From Geosiphon pyriformis uo1 (Eukaryota; Fungi; Glomeromycota), in contig JAAOMT010000414.1 in assembly GCA_016748015.1 (NCBI GenBank), positions 90,481-154,480 of the forward strand: a DNA stretch of 64,000 bases, in the 5' to 3' direction. The notes below the pieces were generated by a model. That model made no database searches, had not been told where the DNA came from, and was given only the letters and a program-made list of their open reading frames with translations. Within the stretch, counting starts at the first letter, position 1; each line of letters starts with the position of its first letter. The translations under genes were made by a program, and so were the position numbers. This document shows positions 39,718 to 54,500 of the stretch, in pieces.

Positions 39718-42700
39718 GTAATCTAATCTGGAAATTAGCTATGTGCAACGTTTGGAGTATCAATGTCCCTGCAAAACAGGCAGACATGGTCCATTGACAT
39801 GTGAGTTCTGGGAATATGGTTTCCTTTGTTGCTGAGACAAAATTAAGGTCTTCTTCTGGATCATGAATCAGGGACAAATTTGATGGGATTCAGATTTTTA
39901 CTTTTGGGTTGGATATTGGTTATCTTGGTGTTAGCATTGCTGTGATTATAAACAACTCTTTGACTCACTATGTTTCTAGGGTTGAGAAGGTTCCTGGTTG
40001 TTTGATTTCAATTTGGCTTTTGTTTAAAGACAAGCTTTCAGTTACAATTTTGGGTTTGTATACTGGTGCTTCTCCTGGGACTAGGTTTGCTCAGACTCCT
40101 GCAGTGAATTTTCTTATTGTTAAGACTGTTAACTTCAGCATTTTTGTCATTCTGGATGGTAATTTTAACGAGAATAATTCTGGAAGGAGTGTAAGTTTTA
40201 AGTTCTGTTTGGGTTTGGGTTTAGTCAATTCTTTTGCTGGACACTCTTTGGTCAAAACAGCTACATAGAGCAATTCTAGGGGAGTGGAGAAAACAATTGA
40301 TTTTATTCTTGTTAGTGGGACTCTATTTTCTGCTGTTGTGAAACATTGTGTCAATTCTGTTTCTGATTTCTTCAATACGGATCACAAATCTGTCATGATA
40401 TCAGTTGGCTTGGGTGAGTGCTTAGATGTTTGGCTAAATGGTTTGCATAAACAGACCAATAAGGACTATTGAAAGTTTAGGATCAAGAATGCTGATGGTG
40501 CTGGGTGGTTCCATTTTAAGGAATGTTCCTCTGCTAAAATGTTGGAGGTAAAGGGGAGATTTTTTAGTGCTACTGCTAGTCTTGATTTGGATGCTATGTG
40601 GTCTTTACTGGAAAAGATGGTGGTGGATTCTGTAGATGAAATATTTTTCAGACATTGGTTCTGTGATTTTCAGTGCTCAAAAAATAAACATTCTTCTAGG
40701 TTCCTGGGTTTGGAGTTGCTAGTTGCCAAGATAGTCAAATGCCTGACCTCTGCTGATACTTCTGGTTTCGATCAATTCATGAAAAAATGGTTAGCTCTGG
40801 ATGCTGGTAAAGCTCTTGTTCTGGAGGACATGGTTCGTGGTGGCCAAAAAGTGGAGGACCTTCTTAGTTATTTGTTGCTCGTCAGAAAAGGGTACAGAAA
40901 ATCCAAGATAATTGAGTCAAAGTTGCTGCAAGAGACTACTATCAGAAAGGCTATTGAGAGGCATATAAAACAATTTTGCTCAGACAAAAGGAGTATGATT
41001 AGGAGTGTTCTGGATCAGCCATTTCAAAAGGTGGTGTTGGATCACTTGGTGGTTAATGATGAGTTGATATTGGAGCCAAAAGAGGTCAGGTCAAGTGTTG
41101 ACAAGATTATGGAGGGTTGGACATGGAAGTGTATGATGCCTATAGTGCTGTCTGATCTCTGGGCTTGTCAGTATGCACCTTTGAACTATGTTAGAAATGA
41201 TGCCTTTTTTAACGTAATGAATGTGATTAGCATGGGTAAATTGCTTTTGGTTACTAATGGCCTGCCTGATGACAAAGCTGCTGACTTGTCTGGCATTTCC
41301 AATGAACTCTGGAAACATGGTTGTGATAAGGTGTTGGAATGCCTTTTGGTGTTGCTAAATGTGTGTTTATCTATTGGCATGGTGCCTGCTTTGTAGAAGA
41401 GAGCATGTGTCTCAATGATCCCTAAGCCTTATGATTGGGATGGAGTTCTTACTAATACTCAACTTATTGCTTTGATTGAGACTGCCAGAAAGATTTTGTC
41501 TGATCACATCTTTTTGGCTTGTAGTAAGTTTGGTGTTCTCTGAAGTGATAATTTTTTGGTGCTCCATGGTACTTCTATGCTATCTCCAGTGTTTGCGGTT
41601 GGTTTAGTTGTGGAAGATGCTCTTGAAAAGAATAGAGAAATTTGGTTGGTTTTGCAGGATATGCAGAAGGTGTATGATTCTGTTGGTTGGCCTTACTTGA
41701 AAGCTAGTCTGCGGCACATCAAAATGTGTAAGAAGTTTATTGGGTTTTTTGGGAACATTCACGAGGATAGGGTTAATAAGATAATGACTAATTTCGGCTT
41801 GTCAGATGGCTATAGTGTACATGATGGATTGGACCAGGGTAAAGTTTTTTCACCTCTCTTATGAAGGATTTTCTATGATCCACTCTTATGCGAAGTGAAA
41901 CAACACAAGCATTTGTGCAGATACTATGTTGATTCTAAGTTTGTTGCAAAGATGGGCAGAGTAAAGGATATGGATAAGATGATGTCTTATTTAGCAGCTG
42001 GTGCATTCGTCGATGATATGATTTGGATTGGAAATTGTCAGGCCTCCACTCAATATGCTCTGAACATTGCCAGTGAATTCTTTGAAATCAATGATATTTC
42101 TATTAATAATGATAAAACAGTGGCTATTTCCATTAATTAGGGTGTTAAGGTTGTCTCTCTAAGTATTTGTGATCAGCCAATCTCAATTGCTAAAAAGGGC
42201 AAAGCTTATTGTTATCTGGGTATCTTTTTGTCTACAGAGGGTTTGTCTAAACCTAGTGTGTTCAAAGCTCATTCTGATGTTCGGTTTTTTGTCAATATCG
42301 TGCTTAGAAAGACTATTACAGATAAGCAGTTCTTGTATTTGGTCTCAGCTGTCTTGCAGCCTATTGTTAGTTATCAGACTCAGTTTAGTTTTGTTTCATC
42401 TGGTGTTTGTCACAAATGGGATGTCATGATTAGGAAGAGTCTTAAATCCAAAGCTGATTTGCCTCATGATTTTCTGGATGCTACCTTATATTACTTTTCT
42501 TTGTATGGCTTGAAGACTTTTAAACAAGTGCAATTTGAAGGGAAGATCGCTGCTTTGGTGTTCTTTTCTAATGCCTCTGGGGTCCTTGGGCATTTGTTTG
42601 ATCATAAGTTTTTAGACTTGCAGGTTCTTGGCTGGACTCCTCTGGATCCTTTGCAGTTTTCTGTCAAGTTGCATGTTAGTTCAGTCAACAACTTTTTGGC

Positions 42701-44385
42701 TGGAATTGTGAAAATTTTTTTGAGTAATGAGCTTTCCTTGGCTAACAACCTTTCCAATGCCTTCACAATCCAGGTCATTTTTCACTTTTGTCAATTCTAG
42801 GTAGTTCTGAGTATTTTAATTCTGTTCACTCTCTGAAGCATTTTAGGATTGCTTTTGGTGATCGGATTTTGGATAAGAGAGACCATGTGCTAGATTGGAA
42901 GATCTTTTATTGTTAGAAGAGGTTGGACCCATGAGGCTCCGTGCCTTACTGGTTCTCAGTCACGTCTAAGTTTATGTTAGTTCAAGGCTTTTCTGCTTTT
43001 AGTTCTGCTGGTTTTGTTCAGTCTATTGATACAAACATTTTAGATTCTGAAGTGTTTTCTCTGGTGAAAGATGGATTGCATGATATCTGGTCTAGTTGCT
43101 TTGAGGTGTATACTGATGGATCTTTGAAAAATGCTGGCTTGGTTAATGCTGCTTGTGGTGCTACTGTGTATTTTCCAGTTTTGGATAGAAGTGTTGGTGT
43201 TGTGGTTGGTGGTCTACTGTCCTCTATTCTGGCTGAGTTGTAGGCTGTTGCATTGGCTCTTGAGTGTGTACCTTCCTTTTGTTGAGTGATTTTGTATACT
43301 GATAGCCAAGCTGCTATTGATGCTTGCTTGTCGGAGTTGTCTTGTGCCATGCCTGATTTTTGTAATTGGTGCTGGTTAGAGAAACACCATATTTTCAATT
43401 TGGTTAGGGAAAAAAATTTCGAGGTGGTCTAAGTTAAGGTTAAGGGCCATTTTGGCATTTCAGGTAATGTCAAGGCTGATTTGGCAGCTGGGGATGCTGC
43501 TCGATCTCCCTTCTCTTTGTTGGCTGGAGTTCATGAACATTATTTGGTGGCTAAAAACACGGCAATCTCTGGTAATGCCCGCCACTTTTCAAGAGACATT
43601 TTTCAATCTATTAATCGTGTTCACTGGAAGACTGGGCCTGGTGTGGATGTGATACCTGTTGACCTTGTTGGGTGTGTAGACTGGATTTCTACCACAAAGG
43701 TTTGGCATCTAGACTCTCATATGCTCACTGAGTTCACTGGTCGGAAAACTTCAAATTTGCATTCATATTTAATGAAAGCTATACACAGATGTCTTCCAGT
43801 AGCTGTTCGAAAAAGACTGTATGATAGGGGTTATTCTGGCGTATTGTGTGTGGTGGAGTGGAATTTTCTGACCATGCCTTCACGTGCTCTCGGAATGTTG
43901 TTATTTGTGATGAGATTCTGGTTGAGGCTTCTGCTCATTGGGTTTTGGTGGCGGGTTTTTGTGACTTGTCATCTTCAGCTGTTTTGTGGACGTTGTCTAC
44001 CTGTTTTCTAAATGTAGGTTTGTATTCTATTGTGTGTAAGGGCTTCGTGCTGGATGAATGGTGCAAGGAAGCTTGGGGTGTATTTGAAAATAAGAAGCAG
44101 GCCATTGGTGAGGTTATCAGTTTTGTTAGGTTTGTAGCTGATTTACATCATGTGAAGGCATGGTTGGTGAGATCTGAGCACAGGGTGCGGATGGAGAAGA
44201 CTGGTTTGGTTGCTAATGGTGGGGTTGTTTCTGGTCTGTTTTGTGATGTTTCTTCTATATTGTCGGGTGGAATGGTTAGAATGCTTGGTGTGGTTGAATC
44301 ATTCACTGTTAGCTTTGGTTATTATTTGCTGTGCTGTTTTTTTTCTGGTTTAGATGGTGTTGTTAGTATCAATATAGGTGTATAG
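39714..44385 (+). pseudogene. LINE ORF2: APE endonuclease - RT - RNase H - Cys-rich C-terminus
   Basis: CNV..IN and ETKL, TIDFI, TDH (APE); QDMQKVYDSV, GLDQG..FSPLL, FVDD (RT); YTDGS, AEL, YTDSQ, VKGH..GN..AD (RNase H); C..C...DHAFTC. Confidence 0.9.
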
Positions 44386-46237
44386 TGTTGCCTTGACTGG
44401 TCTAAGTGGCTAGCCATATGTAGTAAGAGTGTAAATTGCATTTAGTTTGGGTTACTTAGCTTGGCTCTATGTACTAGATAGCAGTTGGGCTTCACTCAAT
44501 AAAAGTGGAAAAAATAAAATAAAAATAAACCATTCAAGATTAAACATACTGAGAAAATTGCACAAATTATTTATTTATTCTTAATTAACATATTGGATTT
44601 ACAATTAGTTATATTAAAAAAACAATTAGGCAAAAGCAAAAAAAAAATTCAAGATTTTGATTTAACTAAACAATTTACAGTTTTAATCAATATAGTTTTT
44701 AATACACAGAATAAATTTTACCAGATTTTTTAACTTTTTTAGCCAATTATTATTTTACTATTTGGAAAATATTATGAAATTTACATCTGCTTAAAACCTA
44801 TTATCATACAGTAAATTTTTAATTCAATAAACAAATTTGCAAAGAACATAATATTTTAATACTAAATATTTATATTTCTAAGAAAATAAGAAAATTTCAG
44901 ATTATTTTACAATTCTAATAATTATCTAATTGTTCTATTAAATAAATTAAAAATTAAAATCATATATAGCAATATTTTTTAAGAAAAATCTTTTAAATTG
45001 TTTTAAATTTATCAAAATTATAAAACATATATTATTCTCAAACTTAAACATTATTTTTACTACTAAAAACTACCACATTATTGAAAAAAAAACTTTTTCA
45101 AATTAATATGAGTCTCTTAAAATTCTAACAACAAAGACAATTAAAACAATTTATTACAAAAAAACTAATATTATATAGCATTAAATTCACACAAAAAATG
45201 CTTCATCAAAATATCAACAGATCTACTAAGTTTTACTAATTAGCCACCAATTTATTAGAGAAAAAATCTAACAAATACTCAATAATAGTCTTATTTAATT
45301 ATCCAGAAGTTTTTGGATCTTACCAATAGTTCTTATAAAAAATAAAAATAAAAAAATTTGATTTTGTGTCAATTATTGTTAACTAAATAGTATTACAATT
45401 AAAGATATATACTTTTTATTCAAAATTAACAATATGCTAAATACTCTAATAAAAACCAGATTTTTTTTAACTTTAAACTTGAAAACCAGATACTAACAAT
45501 TTGAAATAGATCTTAAAAACTGCTCTAAAACAGTCTTTACTATTTAAGAAGAAAATTATAAATTCAATATAATGTTTTTAAACTTTGCAATACACCAGCA
45601 ATATTTCAATAACTATGGATATTGTATATAAAGAACTCTTATAATAATCAGTAATTATTTATCTTAATGATATTAATATATATTTTTTAAGTTTCAAAGC
45701 TTATTTAATTTATTTGCAAGAAATTTTTTAACAATTACAGAAAGCAGAATTAAAACTTAATATTAAGAAATGCTACTTTGGAAAAACAAACTTGATTTTT
45801 TTTAAACATATTATTAGCAAAAATAGAATTCAACCTAATTCAAAAACAATTAATGTTGTCAAAAATTTTAAAATTCTCTAAAATATCACAAAATTAAAAA
45901 AATTTATAGAATTAGCCTTTTATTACTGAAAATTTATCAAAAAATTTTCTGAAATTGCCAAACTTTTTAATTATTTAACCAATAAAAATATCTGATATTA
46001 ATAAACAAAAAAACAGCAAAAAGTTTTTGAAACTTTTAAAATAAAATTAACTATAGCATTAGTTTTTTCCTATTTAGATTTCAACAAATAATTTTGATTA
46101 GTCACTAATATTTTATATACAGTATTTAGTACTATTTTATTATAATTAAATAATAATAGCTTATATTAACAAAATACTTAAATCCACTAAAACAAAATAT
46201 AACTTAATTAAATTAAAAGCAGCAGCTATTATTTCAG

Positions 46238-49200
46238 TATTACTCATAGAATATAAAAAATATATTAACATATAAATTAGCCAATCAGAAGTAGCCATAG
46301 TAAATATGAAATTCCAGAATTTTTCTTAGAAGAATTACAAGATTCCAAGAATTTTAGAATTCTTATACAAGAAATCACAAGATTTCAGAATTCCAGAATT
46401 CTTCTTAAAAGAATTAAGAAATTTCAATTATGTATATACAGCAGTAGCATTAGAAAAAGAAAAAACAGATCTCTCAGTTTAGATTTGATTTAAGGAACCT
46501 TTTTATTTACAAATATCAATAAATAACTATTCACTATCTTAATCTATTCTCTACTATCAACACTTCATGTTGATAATAACTGATACTTAACCACACTGAA
46601 ATAATAGCTCTTAATCATGGCTATTAATGGAATACTAATATTTATTGTTTTGGCTTATTTCTTTATTTTTTTTCATTTTTTTCATTTATTTTCTTTTGTT
46701 ATTTCTTTTTGTTTTACTAATTGATTAAGGATTAAAAAGTGCTGAGTTACAGATGTCATAGGGACTGGTAAAAGACTTATGAAACAAGAGTAAAACACTC
46801 ATAATTGAGAATAGCTTACCAGAAGGATTACCAGCCACCATGCTAAGAATGAAATTCGATGGAATTGTGATTCTGGAAGACTACTGAAACAACAATTGAA
46901 TCTTTGTTTATTATACAAAAGACTCCACCAAAATCTTCAGATTATGAAAACCTTCAAAAATCAACATCATTAAATCAATTGAGCACCAAGTTATGGGTTT
47001 GTTATTTGCTATAAGACCCCAAATAATTACCTGTAACATTTGATGCTTCCTGTAAGATATAATTTTACAGAAAACCAGTACCAACAACAAGTCATCCAAA
47101 AATGGCAGAATCAGAAATAATAGAGACAAATCATTTAGGATTTGCCAAATCCTTATTTCAATAATACAGCCAACAATTGGACTTAACCAATAATTATTAT
47201 CTAGCAGAATTAGTTTTCAACTTTTATGTCAACAAAAAAATCACAGATTTTCTTAAAAGACCAGTTGACATTGAATTAGCAAGAGAAAATTTCTATACAG
47301 AATTAATCCAATATATCAGCTTACCACAAAATCACAATTTTGCACCAATTATCAGAGAAATTAATCAAAAAATTGAAAGATACACTCAATAACAATTCTC
47401 TATTACCTATGCAAATAAGGGTAAAGGAAAGTTACAAACACCAGCAGCAACTTCAAAAGGAATATAATTACCAACATGAAAGAAACAAAGAATTGAATCT
47501 CCACTATATCCATTATATCATTACATACTCAAAAGTACCATCAATATTACATCAGCAAGTGTGTTCACATTAAACATAATATTAACATTTAGATGACTTT
47601 TATTTCAAAGTAAACAAAAAAAAGCAGAATTATAGGGAACTTATAACAATTACTTTAAAGGATTCAAATCTCAATCTCCAACACTATCAGAATTTCAATC
47701 ACCATCACTTCAACCAGATTTTGGAACTGTGAGTCCCTGGGAGATAACCGAATTAGAAGAAAAGAAAAACAACAATTAGGAATTTAATTACCAGAATCTG
47801 ATTGTAGAAAACTCAGAAGTTGAAACTCTGAATATTCAAACTCAGGAAAATCAGAATAATCCAAATTCTAATATTAATAATTAACAATACTTACCTTTAA
47901 TAATTGTTATCAATCCACCATCAGTTGCCACACAACAACAACCATTGTTACAACCTCAAATTTAGTTACCACCTTAACAACAACAACAACAACAACAATA
48001 ACCAAACTTGGATTCAATGGCTTATGCTCCAATAGCAAAACTTGAAAAGTTTATGGGCAAAGAAGATGATGTCTAAATATGGCTCAATGATGTCAAAAAA
48101 GCCATCATGACCAATGGATGGAATGACACAAAAGCCCTCTAAGCCATTCCATATTTTCTCTAAAATACTGCCAACTCATGATATCAAAGCTTGGTTAACA
48201 AATTCCAAGATTTTAATGCATTCAAGCTTGTATTTCTACAATATTTCAGTAACAATAATAGCATTAACTGCTTGGCAAATACTTTTATCACCATTAAGCA
48301 AGAAAAAACTGAAGCAGTTACTACTTACCTAGAATGCTTCCATAGGAATCTGGACCAAATTCAGGCAATACAAACCAATTATTTTACAGCACCACAAATT
48401 TTAAATCAATTCATTTGAGACTTGTACAGTAGCATTCTCTAATGTATACATCCATTACACTTAGCAAATCTTCAAGCAGCAATTACCTATGTTAGAGATT
48501 TTGAAGCCACTGAATTAGAAGCCAATCATAATCAAGCTGTGAATTTAGTAATGAACAGATCATTTAATTTGGATTCCAAATTAAAACAATTCAGTAATTT
48601 GATCAATCAGAAATTAAAAGAATACTTAGCTAACAATCAGGCAATTTATTAATCTTCACAGTAATACAATAATCAAGAAAATGCAAACTGTTTCCAAAAT
48701 CAGTCATGTTTGTTATCATTAATCAATCAGCAATAGCAGTAGGAGATGTGTGTTTGCCATTATTGTGATAAACAAAAACATTTGAGGATTGACTGCAGAT
48801 TAAGAATAGATAACTAATGATTGGAAAATTAATATTAAAACCTTGATCACCAGTTTCAAACTCCGAGATATCAATTCAACCCAGAACTATATTAACCAAA
48901 TTATTTATTAGTGATACAGCTACCAAGTTATTAACCACCCATTTATTAGACTCCAATACCAGTTATTTATTAACTACAGTCACAAATAATATATTAATCT
49001 CAACAAATTCTAACACCAACACCAAACTCAGCTTAGATAACATCAAAAAATCCCAGATCTAAGGTCACTCAAAACTGGAGATCAGCAATAGTTGTTTACC
49101 AGCTGATTCCCAGCTCTTTAAATCAGTCATCAAGATTACATCAGTGGAATTCAGAAACCAAGTACACCCAAAATCCAAGTTTCCAGAACTATTTAAGTCT

Positions 49201-51557
49201 TCTGGTTACCCCAGAAGACACCACATTCAACAACTTGAAAGTCAAACAAAAGCAGCCACTTACTAACAATATACTACTAGCAACCATTATTGAGAACAAA
49301 TTACTTACTGCTATCTTCTCTTTTGAACTTGAGAAATCAGTTAAAATGCTGCTATTTAATAGAGCCATCCTAGAATTAAAACTCATTACTGTAATATATA
49401 CAGATGCTAAAGTTGATGGGCAACACATTAAACTGATTCTAGACAATAAATCAGCTGACAGTATTATTATCTGACAATTCATAGATCAATTAGGTTGCTG
49501 AGTTGATTGTGTTATCAGTGCACAAATAATTATGGCCAATAGAGCAATAAAGACTCCAATTAGTGAAATAGATGACTTTCCATTTGAAGTCAATGGCATC
49601 TTAATATCAATCAAGGTATTAATAATAAAAACAACTCAGTATTAAGCTCTTATCAGGAATAACTGGTTGTCCAAAACTAATGCCATGCTCAACTGAAACA
49701 CCCAAGAACTACAGCTCAGCCAAAACAGCCAATACACATGTATATTAGCCACTTGTGATCATTTTAAGACCACTACCAATAACAAGCCATTTATCAAATT
49801 AGAAGAAAAAAAAAAAACCTACCTAAGAAGCCTACCAAGTTTTCTGGGCCAACACCAAACACAACAAGTTACTACCAGTATTTTTCTGGGATAACAAAGG
49901 GAAAAAAAGGAAAAAAATACACCAAAAGAAGACACCATCACAAAAGAAATAACTAGTGGCTAAGAAAAATTTTACTCACACAAGCCACCAAAGCAATTGT
50001 TATATATTCTACTCAAATGCTAAGATTGTGACAAGAAACTTTCTTTTATGGAAGCTTGAATTGCATTCAACAAAAATTACTAAACATAAATTCACTATTA
50101 CTGCAAACCATACCACAGAAAATAGTATGACTATCCAAAATAACAAGACAAGTGGGACAACAAACTATGTCTCACTTGTAAAGAACAATTACTTAACAAA
50201 GGAATATGGAATAACATTTCTGGTTAAGGAGGAATATACAACACTTCATACCAGTACATAATCTTTATCAACAACTGAGTAAGTTATGGAACTTCTATTA
50301 CTGCAGCCTGGCACCAAGCAATCTCTCATTTGGATGGTTACTCACATAATGAGGACAAAATTTAGCAAATGGTAAATACTAAAATCAAAGGAGCCATGCC
50401 TAGCAAAATCTTAAAAATTAAAAATAATCTTTTAGAACCAGTCAACATCGTCCTTATCCCAAATTCAGATGCTTTTTTTAACATAGAAACAAGTCCAAAA
50501 GAGTTTTATAAGCACTATCAGAATTTAGCATTCACAAGAGAGAAGCAGAAACAGTGTTTAGAATAACTAAACACCCAACTATGTGACTATTATTTGATTT
50601 CATGTAATTTTCAATATTGTAATGAGTGTAATCTCATCTACAATCCACTATCATGCATGATTTACATGATTCCAAAGAAAGATGAACCAATTAGCAGTTG
50701 TATATCAGAATTAGAATCACCATTCAATTTTGATTTAAACTCTGACAATGATGATGACAATAACAACAGTTCCAGCTCTGTTCAAATTGGCAATAGTGAT
50801 AACAACAATTCAAACTCAGATTCAAACCCAAACAATACATTGTGCTTTCTGATTTTACCAAGAAACAGGAACTAAGATGGTTCAGCAATAATGATAAAGG
50901 TATTATGCCAAAATGCATGCATAATACTAATGCAGGGTTTGATCTAAAATATCCAGGAAAAGATGCCATCAAATTGGAACCACATTCACACACCTGCATT
51001 AATCTCAAAGTAGTCTTGGAAATTCCAACAACAACAATAGTTCAATTAGCATCTAGAAGTAGTTTAGCAAAAAAAGGAATCAACATCAAAGAAGAAATAA
51101 TTGATGCAAAATATGTAGAAAATATTATTGCAATGCTACAAAATAACTCAGAAAAAGCTTATATCATAAAGCCAAACAAAAAGATAGCACAGACAATATT
51201 TCTGCCTTTGGTAAAAATAGCTTAATTAGTGTTAATAAGAAACAGAAAAGAATTAAGGATTACAACTAGAGAGATACAGAAATTCGGATCCATGAATAGA
51301 ATAGATATACCAGTTAATATGATAGAGAAAAAAATTGTTAACAAGAGAGAAATTATCTTTACTCATCAATCAATTTCCATTCCATCATATGATTAGTATA
51401 TAATAGCTATAGAGAGAAAAGTAAAGGATCAGATTCAGATTTTTGAAGCAGAAGCAACACTTTGTGAATCAAAAAAGATTGGATTAGTTAATCTACACAT
51501 ACCAGCCAAGAACCACAATTACATCAAAATTTCTATCTATAACAACATGGAAGACAT
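46238..51557 (+). mobile_element. 5' part of LTR retrotransposon D (LTR 46238-47038, gag to dUTPase), inserted in G and interrupted by E
   Basis: tattactcatag...tgtaaca LTR, PBS, gag ATG 47102, LILD, AGFDL/SRSS; breaks off in the second dUTPase-like domain at the next LTR. Confidence 0.85.
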
Positions 51558-54500
51558 TGTTACTTATAAAATATAGGAAGTATATTAGCATATAAATTTG
51601 CCAATTAGAAATAGCTGTAGTAAATATGGAATTTCAGAATTTCTCTTAAGAAGAATTGCAGAATTCCAGGAATTTCAGGATTCTTGTACAAAGGAATTGC
51701 AGAATTCCAAAAATTTCAAGATTCCTGGTATGAAAAATTAAGAAATTGAGAAATCTCAATTATGTATATATAGCAGTAGTGTTAGAAACAGAAAGAAACA
51801 GAATATTTTAGTTAGAGACCTCCTAGTTTAGATTTGATCTAAGCAATCTTCTATTCACAAATATCAATAAATAATTATTCATTATCTTAATTCACTCTTT
51901 ACTATCAACACTTTATGTTGATAGTAATTAATACTTAAACACACTGGAACAATAGCTCTTGATCATGGCTATTGATGGGATACTAATATTTATTGCTTTG
52001 GCTTATCTTTTTTATTTTCTTTTATTTCTGTTATTTTTTTTGTTATACTAATTACTTGAAAATTAAGTGCTAAGTTATTGATGTTACAGATAGCCTAATA
52101 AAAGACTCCAAAGGAAGAGTATAGGAATTAAAAAGTTAAGAATAACTTACCAGAAGAGCATCTCTGCCAAGATTACTGACCACCATGCTGAGAAAAAAAT
52201 TCGATGGAATTGTAATACTAAGAGACTATTGAGAAGACAATCATTGAATCTCTGTTCATTATACAAAGAACTCTACAACAAAATCTTCAGATAAACAATG
52301 CCTTCAGATATTACCAATAACATTATCAATTAAGCATTAAGTTACAGATTTGTTATTTGATTTGAGACCCCAAATAATCACTTGTAATATTTGGTGCTCC
52401 CTGTGAAGTATAATTCTACAGAGAACCAGCACCAGCCAACAACCATCCAAAAGTGGCAGAATCAGAAATTATAGGGACAAACCATTTAGAATTTGCCAAA
52501 TCCTTATTTCAACAGTACAGCCAACAATTGGGCTTAACCAACAACCACTACCCAGCAAAATTTGCTTTCAACTTTTATGTCAACAAAAAAATTACAAACT
52601 GTCTAAGAAGAACAGTTGACATTGAATCAACAAAGGAAAACTTCTATACAGAATTATTTCAACACACCAGGTTATTAAGAAATCACAGTTTTGCACCAAT
52701 CATTAGGGAAATTAACCAAACCATTCAAAGATACACTCAACAACAATTTCTTATTACCTATGCAGACAAAGGCAAAGGAAAGTTACAAACACCAACAGTA
52801 ACACCTAAAAGAATACAACTACCAACTTAGAAGAAAACAAGAATAGAATTACCAACAAATCCATCATACTACTATATACCAGGAAGTGCTATCAACATTA
52901 TATCAACAGGTGCATTCACATCAACCATGACATCAATATTTGGATAATTCACATTTCAGAGTAAACAAAGGAAAGAAGATCTTCTAGGACCATATGGCAT
53001 GTATTTTGAAGGATTTAAGTTATGATTGTCAACACTATCAAGACTTCAATCCCCACCACCCCAACCAGATTTCAGAACCACGAGTTCTTGGAAAATAATG
53101 GAATCAGAAAGAGAACAGGAAGAACAGGAAGAAGAGGAAGAAGAATTTAAAGATCAAGAATTTACTTACCAGAACCCGATTCCTAAAAACCCGGAAGTTG
53201 AAACTTCAAATCTGCAAACTCAGCAATATTTAAACTTAGAAAATCCAGAAATCAGAACTCTGAATATTCAAGCACTGCCAAATCAGGACAATTCAAACCC
53301 CAAGTTAATTAATCAGCAAAACTTACTTTTAGTAATTGTCACTGATCAGCCATTCATTGAACAGATTTAACAGCAGTAAATACCACTACAGCAGCTATTA
53401 CAACAATCACTTCAATCACCACAACAATTAAACATAAATCCAATGGCCTATGCCCCAATAACAAAACTTGGAAAATTCACAGAAGCAGAGGACAATGCAC
53501 AAATATGGCTCAACAATATTGAAAAAGCCATTACAGCCAATGGATAGAATAACACGAGAGCTCTACAGGCCATCCCATATTTCTTACAGAATACTGCCGA
53601 CTTGTGGTATTAAAGTTTGGCCATTAAACCACAAACATTCTAGGAATTTAAAATTGCATTCTTGGAATATTTCAGTAATAATAACAGTATTAATTATCTA
53701 GCCAATACCTTCACCACCATCAAACAAGGAGAAAATGAAGCAGTTACTACTTACTTAGGATGCTTCCACAGAAATTTGCATCAAATCCAGACCATATAAG
53801 CTGATTATTTTACAGCACCACAAATTCTGAATCAATTCATTAGAGAACTGCACAGTAGTATCCTCCAGCACATATGTCCAATGCATTCAGCAGATCTTCA
53901 AGCTGTGGTTACAAACGCCAGAGATTTTGAATCAGTTGAACTCGAAGCAAACCATGCACAAACCATAAATCTAGTAATAAATAGATCATCTGAATTGGAT
54001 TCTAAACTAAAACAATTCAGTGATTTAATCAATTAGAAATTAGAAGAATACTTAGTTGACAATTGTGAAATTTATCAATTTCCCCAATAATGTAATAATC
54101 AAGAAAACTCAAATCATGTCCAAAATCAATCGCATCCAACATCATCAACCAATTAACCATGGCAACAGAAAACGTGTGTATGCCACTATTGTGGTAAACA
54201 AAGACATTTGCAATTTGAATGCTGAAAAAAGATAAGCAACCTAAGATCAGCTAATTAGTATCAAAACTTTAATTGCTAACTACAACCACAGAATTACATC
54301 AGTAATCAATTACTAAAACAATATCAACTAAATTACCTACCTATGACACAACAGCCAATCTATCAACTACCAGTTTATTAGCCAACAACACCCATAATTT
54401 ATCAACCATAGTTCCAGCTTATTTATTAGCCACAGTCTTAAGTAATTTATCAACTCCAACAAATTTAAACACTGCCACAAAACTTACCTCAAAATGGAAC

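Larger units (their letters stand above)
37708..44523 (+). mobile_element. Full-length non-LTR retrotransposon (LINE) with RNase H
   Basis: 11-bp TSD aataaaccatt (37697-37707, 44524-44534); aataaa at 44498 and an A-rich tail; two ORFs. Confidence 0.9.
36413..46237 (+). mobile_element. Very old related LTR element G remnant (post-PR region to RNase H), split by the LINE within its dUTPase
   Basis: Decayed Cys-rich domain ~36700-36950; dUTPase IID..YT at ~37640 resuming KPFKI..EKIAQ at 44526; RT and RNase H relics ~45300-46230. Confidence 0.7.

Noticed and set aside
46305-46425. Heat-shock elements in D/E U3
   Set aside because: Only isolated TTCnnGAA pairs; spacing mostly does not fit three alternating nGAAn units.
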